Assembly: GCF_018977255.1 (NCBI RefSeq)
Contig: NW_024704743.1
Span: forward strand, 58,282,001 to 58,346,000
Length of the DNA stretch: 64,000 nt
Reading direction: 5' to 3'
Source of the DNA: Callorhinchus milii
Lineage: Eukaryota
Part shown: positions 51,995 to 64,000 of the stretch, in pieces
Position numbering within the stretch: position 1 is the first letter of the stretch
How the letters are laid out: each line of letters begins with the position of its first letter
Notes under the pieces: generated by a model
The model's database searches: none
What the model was told of the DNA's origin: nothing
Seen by the model: only the letters and a program-made list of their open reading frames with translations
Position numbers and translations under genes: made by a program

Positions 51995-52943
51995 AACAAC
52001 AACAAAATTACATTTGTATAGCGCCTTTCACATCGGGAGGACGTCAAAAGGCACTGAAGATGTTCAACTGCAGGAAGTTAGCTCTTCTCCAGGACTTGAT
52101 GTCTGACAGACATTCTGTCAGGACAGCAGTGGTCCTGGAGTCAAGGGTGGAGGCAGAGAGGTAGAGTTGGGTGTCATCCGCATACACGTGGAAGTTGATG
52201 ATGTCTGCGGATGATGTCACCAAGAGGGAGCATATAGGTATTGAAGAGGAGGGGACCAAGGAAAGAGCCCTGAAGAACACTGCATGAGATGGTGCGGGGG
52301 CTAGAGGAGAAACCGTTTGTGGAGATGTAGTGGAGTGGTGTGAGAGATACAATCTGAACCAGTCAAGGACAGCGCCATGGATGTTGAGGTGAGAGGAGAG
52401 GCAGTGGATGAGGATAGAGTGGTCAATGGTGTCAAAGGCAGCAGAGAGGTCAATGAGGACAAGGAGGCAGAGGGAGCCCTGGTCGCAGATAGACAGAATG
52501 TCATTTGTCACTTTGACCAGAGCGGTTACTTGCTGTGAACGGCACGGGAACCCAATTGAAGGAGTTTGTGAAGGGAGTGGCGGAAGAGGAAGGAGTGAAG
52601 CTGGGAAGCAACAACTCATTCCAGAACCTTGGAGAGGAAAGGAAGGTTGGAGATGGGGTGGTAGTTTGAGAGCAATGATGGGTCCAGGAAGGATTTTTTA
52701 AGGATAAGAGTGATGACGATAGGAGAGGTGAGTTCCTATTACTCACCTCTTCCCTCGCCTCCTTCAATGTCTGCCTCAAGACCTTCCTCTTTGACCATGC
52801 TTTTGGCCATCTACCCCCACCCTCCACCCACCCCTCACCCTCTCAGCCCCCACCCCCAACTCGTGTAAATCTTAGACTCTCAGGGCCTTGGGACATCTTC
52901 CCGACATGAAAGGCGCTATATAAATGTCAATTTGTATTGTTGT
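51995..52943. mobile_element. L2 composite: minus-strand tail fused to an RT segment (51995-52720), then a plus-strand L2 3' end (52740-52943)
   Basis: ORF LIDLSAAFDTIDHSIL...[10 protein letters not shown]; outward-facing tails at both ends. Confidence 0.85.
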
Positions 52944-53128
52944 AAAGATCAAGACCAGGAATTCTGGGCCTTAGTGGGTACTGTTCCAGCACTGTATAGA
53001 TCACTGTTTAGGTCTAGAACTACAGCTAGGGAGACAGTTGTGATGTGGTGACATCTTGGGGAATCCTCTGTTTGTGGGACATTGCTGTGCGCAATTGGCT
53101 GCCGCGTTCGCCCACAAATATACTTCAA

Positions 53129-54206
53129 GACTTCCTCCCTCTCTGCTTTCCTCTTCACCCCAAAAGTAGCTGTTCTCAATGTTGAAGTCCTGAAGCCATA
53201 TCACAAATTTGATTTCCTTCTGTGCCAAATGGAACTTCTAGGCAGTGAATTATACATTTGAGCTTGAAAAGTTTTCCAATTGCAAGTAAGTCTAAAATAT
53301 GCAGGGCTTTTGAAGGGCAGATCAGTCATTGGCATTGGGATCTTCCCATTGAGCTCCTGCTAAGTCTGCAAGCCAAATCTCTGATGGGTTGAGTGGTCCT
53401 AGCTGGACAAGTAGCAGGAAAGCTTGCCAAACAGTACTCTCAACAACAACAACAGCAAGATTTCATTTATAGAGCGCCTTTCACGTCGGGAGGACATCCC
53501 AAGGCGCTGGACAGTTGGATTGGACCCGAGCAGGGGAGAAATGGTCAGGGTGAGGGGAGGGAAGGGAGGGAGCGAGGAGGGGGTAGAGAGTCAAGAGGGG
53601 AGCTGAAGGCACGGTCAAAGAGAAAGGTCTTGAGACCAGCCTTCAAGGAGAAAAGGGAGGAAGCAAGGTGAAGGCACTGGGGGATGGAGTTCCAGAGCCT
53701 AGGGGCTGAGAGGCTGAAGGCCCGGCCACCGATGGTAGGGCGGTTAGGGCGGGGGATGTGGAGCAGACCGGAGCCAGAGGAACAGAGGGTACGAGCAGGT
53801 AAGTAGGGGGATAGTAGGGGGATAGTAGGTGGGAAAGGTAGGAGGGAGCAAGGCTGTGAATGGCCTTGTAGGTGAGGATGAGGATCTTGAATTCCTATAG
53901 CTTGAAGTCCTGTAGCTCAGTGGTTAGAGCACTCGCTTTGCAAGTGAGAGACCCGAGTTCAATTCCAGGCAGAGGGCAAAACCTTGGGCAAGTTTCCTTA
54001 CTCCACACACCTAATAATAATCCCTCCAAAACCAAAAACAATAATAAATTGGTCATTTTCAATCTACGACTGTTTGTGGGACATTGCTGTGCACAATTGG
54101 CTGCTGCGTTCACTCACAAATATACAGTCAATTCACTTTACAGTGTGTTCTGTGAAGCGCTTTGGGACGTCCTCCCGACATGAAAAGTGCCATATCAAAT
54201 GCAAGG

Positions 54207-54224
<18 letters not shown>
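53129..54224. repeat. Inverted duplication 1, right arm (probable recipient)
   Basis: Reverse complement of 34693-35788; no differences seen in the stretches compared within 53129-54124, and 5 differences in 54125-54206. Confidence 0.97.

Positions 54225-54282
<58 letters not shown>
54207..54282. repeat. (ATT)n microsatellite, about 25 units, at a SINE tail
   Basis: Directly visible; produces the poly-Tyr and poly-Ile ORF artefacts. Confidence 0.95.
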
Positions 54283-54283
<1 letters not shown>

Positions 54284-57200
54284 GTCAGCTTTACTCTGAT
54301 TGTTTTGTTCAGTTAAGCCAATATCCCTAAAGCCAGCAGCCCATGCATCATGTGACCAACTTCTAGAGTGAACTGTAGGGAAGGGATAGGTGTTATTTCT
54401 CCCCACCGCCCACCTGGGGAAAAGTAACCATATATGTGTTAATTATCATCCATCAGGTCGATGAATTCAATGCATGTGTTATTTAGCAACATAGGTGTTA
54501 ATTGCCATGTAATGACAATTTGCAATTTTCACCCTACTGAGCATTTCTGGTCAGCTAGTGTTGCAAAGGACAAATTGAAGAGTTGTTTGGGAAAGATTAA
54601 CAAAGATATTACATTCTAAATTATGAGGAAAGGCTCACAGAGCCTCATTGTAGAAATTGAAGAGACATAACTGAGGTCTTTAAGATAATGTCATAGAAAC
54701 GTAGAATCTTACAGCACAGAAGGAGACCATTCGACCCATTTTTGAAAGAGCTACCCAATTCATCCCATTCTCCTGCTCTTGTCCCATAGCTCTGCAACTT
54801 TTTCCTTTTCAAATACCTATCCAATTCCCTTTTGCAAGCTAATTCCCTTTTGAAAGCTAGTATCTGTTTTCAAAAGAGCGTCCTATGTTTATAGATATAA
54901 GTAAGCTATTTGACACACACTGTGAATGAGGATATAGAAACATAGATTTGAATTTATAAAAACTCAAGTAAAATATTATACCAGAAGTATTTTTTTCCGA
55001 TAGGAATAGTTATTTGAAACAAACTATCAACTACAATTAATATTGTATTGTAATGTATTAAGTATTTCTTGCCGATATGGACTTGGAAGGAATCTGTTCA
55101 TGGCACTAATTTAAGACTGTCTTTTTCAGGGCTTTTTATCTAGAGACATTCGGATGCAAGTCATTCCAGTCCGAGGAATATTTTAATGTGACTCTGATGT
55201 TACTCTATTACATTCAGAGAAACCCAATTCTAGGAAGTGTTAAGCAGTGATACAAGGTGACATTTGATGGAATGAGCTGCTAGGGTTTAAAAACAAAATA
55301 ATCAGCCAACTTTATATTTCCAAATTAGATTATAACAAGAGGCTTGATTAGATTATAGAGGTGATAACATTTCACCTGACACTAGCCCAAGCTCCAGCAA
55401 CCTCACTTGCTGGAAATCCCATCTGAGGAATCAAATGACATAGCATTCACTGAAATTCTAATGATGTTATATGCACAGATTTTTTCTCCCAGTCAACAGC
55501 ATTTGATGTGTGAAATCAGAGTTTGTAAGGAATCATAAGCAGCTACTATTGGCTTTGACAGACCCTGTCTGGGCTGGTAATTCCTTTTCCCACCTCTGGT
55601 ACTTGATTCTCCCTGAGCTATATTGCAAATGTCAGGCCTGATTCTATGCCTCTTTTATTTCCATAGCCCCCTGAATAAACCCTGGTGTACTTGAATATTT
55701 AAGCTGGGACTTTATGTGTAAAAGCTTCTATTTCTATACCTCATGTGACAGTATATAAACTATGTTTAAGATGAAACATGCAATCTGCTTATATTGTGAC
55801 TGGTAGCAGGTGCAGGAGTGGATGTCACCAGAGCGATATTAAACTGTTTTTGCAATGATCAGATAGTTTTTTTTAAACATCATATATTTTAATTATCGGG
55901 GGCTGTATTTCAACATTTTGTCCTTCTGCGAACAATCTTTTTTTCCCTGCAAGGATTTAGTCTGTTCTTTAAAGTGGGAGACAGGTCAGTTAATCTTCTC
56001 TACAATGCGCTGGGGAGAAGTGAACGAAGTGCGACATTAGCACAGAGCAATGCTATACCTCCGAGGCCTTTGCTGTTCAGCAGAACAGATACTAAATGTG
56101 GAACAGTATCAGAAATTAACACCAAATTAAAAGCACAGGTGAATATAGTAACAGAGGCACATTCCTGTCACTTTGCCTGACAGGAAATATATTTTGCTGT
56201 AGCTGAAAAGTAATTAACCTCCACTGTGAGAGAATTCTATTACTAGCAGCTATTCTGCCATGCAAAGTGCAGTACATGGAAATGTTACAGGCTGTCAAGC
56301 AGAAAGACATACTTGTCTGCATTTTAAGCTAAACTTTCATTTCCCCACCTCCCTTTATCTTCATTGAAGCCAGAAATTGATGAAATGTACCCTTGTGTTT
56401 GAAAAAAAAGTAGCAAATATTAAGAGATTCCTGAGGTATTTGCTAGGTTAAAGCACAGGTGTATAATTTTTTTTCCGATGGGGGGATATAACTATCTTTT
56501 TCATGAAAGGAAGCCTGCCACGCACCAGAGTGACATTCAACCATGAACAGTTTCACTGCAGTCATCTATAAGAAAATGTCACAGAATCCTCCCTCTGTAA
56601 TCAATTATGAGCATTTTCACTGCTTTCTCTCATTTAAAGACAGAATGAAAAATCGCCCCCCATTATTTGTCTGTAACGGAAAGTTCAAATGAAAAAGCCG
56701 AAGCCAATATGCTTTCTGAGCACGGATGACATTGTGCACTGTGTTCCACAGAAATTTAACTAAAACGGCAAAAAAACAGTAAAGTCCATCTTAAAAGCCA
56801 GAAGAACACAGTGTTAGCTGAAAATTACAGGGGGTGTAATTTTTTTTAAATTGTAGCCTACCACTTTGCCTTGGAGGATTATATGAGTGACAGCTCTGCA
56901 ATTAAGCGCTTCATGCCCTTGTATTATTTAGAAAGAGGGTGATGCTAGCACATGCTCTATATTTTGTGATTTTGTGTGACTTTTTCTTAAATTGTTTTGT
57001 TCCCTTTTCCCCTCAATAAAGTGACCTTATTCTGATTTTCTTTTCTGTCCCCCTTCTCTAATGAAGTGCCTAATTCATACTGGTGTCCGGTCCGACTCCA
57101 TGAGCACCAGCTGGTCTCCAGTGTCTCTTCCCAAGTGCCCATCCTTCAGGTGTGAGCTTAGACACTATGTGTCAGCTGGCCAGGCAAACTTGCCAGACAT

Positions 57201-57289
57201 CATAGGCGAGCCCGATCCTGTTCTCTTGTGATGTTTACACGTTTCGTCACCGGAAAGCTTAATTTGCTTCCTCTCCTACCACAACCTCT

Positions 57290-58330
57290 ATGAGTCCCAG
57301 CAATCTGGCTTCCATCCTCCCACATGACCAAGACTCCCACGGTCAAAGTGATCAATCATTTTCTCCCCATCTGCCTCCTTGCCCACTGTCAAGTCCTCTG
57401 TCACCTTTGATACTGTTGACCACTCTATCCTTCTCCACTTCTCTCCTGCACTGTACTATCCACAGACATGGACACATACATGTTCTGCCTTTGCCTTTGA
57501 TTCCAGGACCACTGCTGTTCTGACCAATTGACTGTCAGACATCAAGTCAGTTTCAACAGCTAAATATGAGCAAGACTGAGGCTTTCCTGCTTATTTTCCA
57601 TTAACGCCTTTTCACCTTGTGCTGATCTGTATGATTGCTCACTCCACTTCACAGAGCTAGTGTGGAGCTTCAGTGTCTTTATTGGACGATGTACTATTCT
57701 TCAAATCTCGGGACGTCCTCCCAAATGTGAAAGGCGCTATACAAGTATAATTTTGTTGTTGTTATGTTCAGGTCCTCACTATCTCTGCTTTCTCCAACTC
57801 TGGAACACCTGCCTTAACCACTATCTCTCCCTCCAGATAGCTGCAACTCTCATGCATGCCTTCATCACATCCAGACCTGATTACTCAAATGCCCTGCTTG
57901 TCAGACTCTGCAGATTATCCAGAATTCTGCATCTTGTGGTCCTCTTCCACACCAGGATCTATGACATCATCACCTTGCACATTTCAGCCTTCATGGCCTT
58001 GTTTACCCTTACCTCCGAAACCTCCTGCGACCATGGATCCCAGCTGCCCCTGTTCAGCAAACACCGACCTGCTTCATGTTCCCTGTCCTTTTCGGGTCAC
58101 CATTGGTAAAGGAGCCTTCAGCCACTCTGCCCCATTGTATGGAACTCTATCCCAGAGTTCCTACCCCCAGCTCCCTCCCTGTCTGCCTTGAAACGCACCT
58201 TGAGAGCAACCATACTTCATCATCCCTCCCTGGCTCCCTCCAGCTTGGGCTCCCAGTTAGTTGTGTGAAGCACTTTTAAACATCCTTCCAACATGAAAAA
58301 CACTGGATAAATATAAATTGTGGCTGTTGT
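57290..58330 (+). mobile_element. Old L2 fragments with a younger tail inserted (about 57705-57763)
   Basis: ORF TLMHAFITSRPDYSNALL and TIGKGAFSHSAP. Confidence 0.75.
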
Positions 58331-59054
58331 TCGTTTTGTCAAAATAACCAAAGTTGAATCAGGGAATTAGAGATCAGTTATTCTAAAGCTGGCAACAGAG
58401 AGCATTCTTGAGAGTATTTTAAGGAATCTATGAATGTTTGTCTAATGAGCACAGCAGCTAGTAGTCAGCATGGCATTAGAAAGCTTTTCTCATGCCTCAT
58501 GAATCTACTGCAAATCTGTGATGAGGTGACTAAACGAGTGGGCGAGTGGTATTCAGTGGATCTGATACATTTGGGCTTTTCAGAAGAGTTTCTAAAGTAG
58601 ATGTAGTTGATGACAATTAATGATAAATAGGACATATTCCTGTCTTCCAGGAAACCTGGGTGAAATTTTGGGTCCCTCGATTGAAAATTTTCAAGGCAAA
58701 AACAAGTATAAGAGGTCATGATCAAATGGCAATACTTTGTGTGGCTGACAGTGATCAGCATAGCTCTGCAGGTCTGTTCTGACTTCTCTTGTGTTTATAC
58801 TGAATATAGATGATGTAGAGGTTACTAGTAGTGATACTGTATTATCAAATCAACTGAGTTTACTGAGCTGTGCAGACAGTTGACCAGGGAAAGGATATGG
58901 AATGTCAGATGCTATATATTTCAGGATTGTGCAAGGTAAAAATATATTGGTACATGAAACGTCCATACACAGCAGATGGATGTTCTCCGTAAAGGCAGTA
59001 AAAGAAATAAATAGGTATGATTTACTAAACTATCTTCCAAACTCACCAAACCAA

Positions 59055-60140
59055 ATTCAATCTCAGCTGTCCTTCCTTCCCCACAATCAGTCCCTGATCT
59101 GGATTGCTTTCCTCCATCTCTGCTGCATTGCCCACTTCTGACCCTATCTTACATCAAATGAAGCAGAAACACTCATGCATGCCTTTCTCTCCTCACACAT
59201 TTCTCAAATGCACTTCTCAGTGTTCTCCCCAATTCCACTATCCACAATGTGCAGCTAGTATAAAACTTTGCTTTCTGTATCCCCACCCACAACAACCTCT
59301 GCATCACCACGATTTTCGCCAGGCTCCACTGTCTACTTGTCTCTGAACAGATCGACATCAAGATTCTCATCCTCATATACAAATCCCTTCATGCTCTAGC
59401 ACCTCTCTACCTCTCTATCCTGCTTGTACCCCACTCCTCCATCCGACTTTTCACTCAGCTGACACAAGCTGCTTGTCAACTGATCCCTCTGGACAATTGG
59501 TAGCCAAGCCTTCAGCCATTGTACCCCTAATCTCTGGAAATCTCTGCCTCTATCCTCTCTTCATTTATCTTTACATCTGACCTGAAAGCTTACCCCTTCA
59601 ATCCACTTATGGTCACTTCACGTTCCCCTGGCTTCCTTGCTGGGCATCCAGCCATGTCACTTTTGTTTTTGTTGTTGTTGTTGATCCATGGAAGGTATGA
59701 TTGATGTTGATAAGACAATTGCAGCTGTGGAATACATCTCACAGGATCACAAAGTTATTCTTGCCGAATTGGATCAGCCAAGGTTCCCACTCAGTGCATG
59801 TTTGGATGACAAAGAAAGAAAGAAACGAGCTTGGTATGATTGGTCAATCAGCTTGGAGACACTCACTCAATGGTGAAGTCAAAGAGGTAGGTCTTCAGGT
59901 GTGATGTAAAAACAGAGAGGGAAGGATGAGGTGGAGGAATTTGGGGAGAATGTTCTAGAGAGAGGGGGCAAAGTGTATGAAGGCTCATCTTCCAAAGGTG
60001 CGGGTGCAGTGGACAGGGAACATGAAGTAGATTGGATGTAGTTGGTGGAGGGGAAGAAATGGATGGGGATAAGGGTAGCAGGATATCATAGAGATAAGGT
60101 GCTAGGACCCAACAGGAATTGTAGGCAAATATGAGGTAAA
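59055..60140. mobile_element. Two old L2 3' fragments: (+) 59055-59685 and (-) about 59870-60140
   Basis: gcagaaacactcatgcatgcctt, atcaagattctcatcctcatatacaaa; minus-strand ORF SHLKTYLF. Confidence 0.7.
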
Positions 60141-60859
60141 ATTTCACCTGGGTGTAGATTTACTTTATTAATGGAACATTTTAATGTTCAGAATTTGGCA
60201 AATTGTTGAACAAAATCTTAACTTTGAATTTGTTTTTCTGTAGTTCCTAAAAGAAACTTGAAGAAAAGCGGCTTCAAAGTTAAGGCTGTATTTAAAAAAT
60301 TGCCAAATTAATTTTGCACTGAAATATTTCATTAATATAGTAAATCCAGACCAGGCAGAATTTCTCATAATGCTTCAAATTCAATCTTTGACTTTATTGA
60401 TTTAACATAGTCATATAATTTCCAATGCCCTTAAATATAATTAAATTTTTAATCTACTTAAATTTTTTGTTAAAAAATATCAAACTTTGCTGCTCAAACC
60501 AAATCCGGACAAGACTTGCATATATTTCAAAACTAAACCTCCCAGCAGTTTGTGGGGTATAAATGATAAATAATATACGAATGCCTTTCATCAACCTCAC
60601 CTGTATTTTTGTATATGCTTTTTTCTGTTTAAAGATTGTTGAATATCAGCCCAAGTTTGGGTTATTTTTGATGCATTAAATAAATGAGTTTTGATCTCAT
60701 ACATTCAGCATTTTTTAATGAATTGTTCTCAAAATGTGGCATTCTGGTGAAAATGTAATTATCGTGGTATTGCAGATATTTCATAAAGCTTCACACTTCA
60801 AAATCATTATCCAAGTTGTGGCAAGTGTTACAAAAAGAAACAAATTCACCATCTCTTCC

Positions 60860-61252
60860 CGCGTATCGTCAAAACATCTCAAAGTGGTTCACAGGATTTG
60901 CTATAAAGTGTAGTGACTGGGGGTTGATGGCAAACACAGCAGTCAATTTGCACACAGCAATGTCCCACAAACAATCATGAAGTGAGTAACCAATTTTATT
61001 TAGGGGATTGTTGGCAAGCACACTGGGATACATTCCCTCCTCTTTTCGAATAGTGCCATGGGAACTTTAACATCCACCTAAACAGGCAGCCGGAATCTCA
61101 ATTTAACATCTCATGCAAGGACAGAACCTCTGACAATGCAACGCTCCCATAGCACCCGACTGGAGTGTCAGTCTAGACTGTGAGTCCCAGTGTAGGGATT
61201 GAACTCACAACTTCAACTCAGTTAGGGTGCTACCAACTGAATCAGGCTGACT
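60860..61252 (-). mobile_element. Near full-length Deu-domain SINE
   Basis: cttttcgaatagtgccatgggaactttaacatccacctaaacaggcag...ctctgacaatgca...gtgctaccaactga. Confidence 0.85.
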
Positions 61253-61619
61253 CCATAAACAGAATTTTAGCATGGGAAGGAGGAGGGCTGAATCTAGTTG
61301 AGCTTTTAACCCTTCACCCTGCATTCACATACACACATTACAAGAAGTGTCATTAGCCAGATTTTAAGAGTGATTATCTATTTGATAGTTTCCCCCTCCC
61401 GAATCCTTGTTTACTGAGGACAATTTTCTATTCCTCTTCTCCGCCCGCCTTCACAGTTGATGTCAAGCATATCAGCACGTGCCAGGGATTGAACGCATGT
61501 CCATTCTTACGAACTGACATCAGAAATAATGCATTGAATGTTCCATTTAAATACTTTGGTGGATTAAAAAAATAGCAAAAGCTCACTGAGAAAGTTTGTA
61601 CTCTCAACCTGATTTGAAA

Positions 61620-62010
61620 CAACAGCAACTTGCATTTATATACTGCCGATCAAGAGGATTGTCTGAGAGTACTGAAGAATGGATATTTTGATGCCAAGCG
61701 AGGGAGAAAGGGGAGATGACTATAGGCATAGTTGAAGATGAAAGTCTTCAGGTGCACATACGATGGGCAAAGAGGTGGCAAGGTGGAGGGATTGAGTCTG
61801 GGACTTTCAGAAGTATGGGGTGTAGTGGATGAAGGCACGGTTGCCGATGGTGCAATGGAGGGGTCCAGCGATGCGCAGAAAGTCCTGGCCAGCTAGAGAA
61901 GGGGGGTGGGTGGAGGAATGAGATGTGAGCAGGTTGGATAGGTAGGCAGGTTCCAGGTCATCAAGATAAGTGTGTAGGCAAGTGTGGGGATCTTAAAATC
62001 AATCTGCTCT
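61620..62010 (-). mobile_element. Old L2 3' fragment
   Basis: Tail aacagcaacttgcatttata; ORF HLKTFIFNYAY; gaaggcacggttgccgatgg. Confidence 0.7.
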
Positions 62011-62999
62011 GCATCGAGATGAATTCAAATTCAACATGTTTCTCATGTTGTCTACTATGAATTCTGTATTACTATGAAAACAAAAGTACAACAACAAAAT
62101 ACTTATATACAGCACCTTTCATACAGGAGAGCATTTGAAGATGCTTTAGAAAGATAGCATGAGACCCTGACCTGGATGGGAGATGGGGTGGGGGTGGAGG
62201 GAAGCGGTAACTGAAGATGCAGTCAATTACAATGTTGAGTAATTTAATTAAATTATAAGTTTAATGAGGTTAAACCACCCTTATGTACTGAAGGAGAATA
62301 ATGCATGTTCAATTGAGAAACTTGAAGCTTTTCTGAGAAACAAAACAAAAGCCTATTTTTATTTTCACGCATCTTATGTGCCTGGAGTTGTGAGTTTGAC
62401 CTCTCGGCATGTAATTTGAGGGGTTTGAAAGGAATTGAAGAGCAGAGGGGCAGAGAGCAGGTAATGTGTGGAACGAGGATGCCAGCACTATCCTAATGAT
62501 TATTTGTGATGCAAATGGCAAGATGTTGACAGCAGCTGCCAGCTGGCCATTCAGCAGCAGTGAGTTTTGCATGTGGTTTAATGCAAGCTAACAATGAAAA
62601 TGAATCATTTGACCACAACAGGAATTCTTTTCAAAGATAAAACCAGATGCTCCCTGTTCGATTACTTTACATTGGCTGTATCTGTACTGTTTGCAAATCT
62701 ATTTTGAGCAACAGAAAATGACTTTTAGTTGCAAACAGCTTCTGTGAATTTACCAGTGGTGTTAATCATCTTCAATATTATTCCTCAAGCTCTATACTTG
62801 TACGCAGGTATGCTGAAGTTCCGGTTTGGTGAGGTATAGCTTTAATGAGAGTCTGGTTTGGTGAGACTCAGGTTTAGTGAAACTCGGGTTTGATGAAGTT
62901 CAAATTTGGGAGAATCACAGGTGTTTATGGGAAGGTGGCCTTACTGCCATGGTTAGTGTCATTCATACCATCAAAATGTTCACAGTGTACCATTCGTAT

Positions 63000-63514
63000 A
63001 TAATAATAGTCTTTGCATTTGATATAGTGCTTTTCACGTTTTCTAGACGTCTCAAAGCGCTTCACGGAATATAGTGTAAAGTGAAGGGTCGTGGACTCGA
63101 AACGCTAACTCACTTCCTTTTCTACATATATGCTGCCTGACCTGCTGAGTGTTCCTAGCGACTTCTGTTTTAGTTTTCAGAATTCCATCATCTGCAGTAT
63201 TTTGTGTATAGTGTAATGTGTATATGTATATGTATATGTGGGTGAAATTCAGCAGCCAATTGCACACAGCAGTGTCCCACAAAGAGTCGTGGATTGAGTG
63301 ACCAAATTATTATTGTGTTTTGTTTCTCTTGAGGGATTGTTATCCCCAGAAAAGTGATCTGCCAATTGACTAATGACCGGGTTCCGACATACTGCTAGGT
63401 AAACAAAGACGTGTGGAATAAGAAAACTTGCCCAACATTTCGCCCTGCCTGGGAATCAAATCCAGGTCTCTCACTTGCGAAACAAGTGCTCTAACCACCG
63501 AGCAACAGGACTCC
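63000..63514 (-). mobile_element. Full-length SINE2-1_CM-like SINE interrupted by a foreign repeat at about 63083-63205
   Basis: Head on + as gtgctctaaccaccgagcaacaggactcc; insert gaagggtcgtggactcgaaacg...atgctgcctgacctgctgagt resembles a common chondrichthyan Penelope-associated repeat end (from recall). Confidence 0.85.
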
Positions 63515-64000
63515 ACCTAGTGTAAAGACATTTAAGGGCTTTGATCTATCTTCACCAGTTATTTATTTAAACCCTTTCATCATCAAGTAACACAGGGCTG
63601 ACCTCAGGTCTTGTATTCAATGCCTAACCTGAATTTATTATTAGAATTTTCTCTGAAAAGGCTTAATGAGTATCATGAAATAAATAGTTCCTCCATTGAG
63701 ATTATAATAATGTGATGCATAAACCGTGATCTATTACATCAATTCAATTTGTAATCTGTGCCTGTCATAATAAATATAATCAAGGTCCTGTTTTTTCTGT
63801 ATGGATGAGTATGTAAGAGAAAGTATAAAGTAACTCTCCAGCAAGATAGACAACATGCTATAGATGGAGAAGCTCTCTTAACAAAATTTCACCAGACTAA
63901 ATAAACACTTCTTGGAAACATTCATAAATAATCTCATTCAATTCCTTACTTAAAGCTTAACCTCATGATATCAGTTTGGTGATTAAACTTCAATTTAATC

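Noticed and set aside
53984..54406. Poly-Tyr and poly-Ile ORFs
   Set aside because: Translations of the (ATT)n SINE tail.

Overview
Eukaryotic, repeat-rich, apparently non-coding DNA (large intron or gene desert) from a cartilaginous fish, most likely a holocephalan (chimaera). The taxon call is recalled from the tRNA-Ala-headed SINE starting GGAGTCCTGTAGCTCAGTGGTTAGAGC and the Deu-domain SINEs, not from a database search. I found no intact protein-coding gene. The ORFs I could assign are decayed L2 or CR1 retroposon fragments, a fossil hAT (Charlie/Buster-like) transposase, or simple-repeat frames. Also present: a palindromic MITE-like family, two LTR/TIR-bounded elements, a Helitron-like end and several enhancer-like repeat-free blocks. 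The most unusual structure is two separate inverted duplications that include unique DNA (34693-35788/53129-54224 and 41590-42082/46832-47323) and share one symmetry axis to within about 2 bp (~44457). The larger one has a readable junction consistent with templated insertion into a broken SINE. Other highlights are a diverged ~280 bp non-coding paralog pair (13958-14234 and 28191-28472), recurrent double-tailed retroposon insertions, and a fold-back templated filler at an L2 5' junction. Repeat boundaries are approximate unless exact bases are quoted, and identities were estimated by eye.
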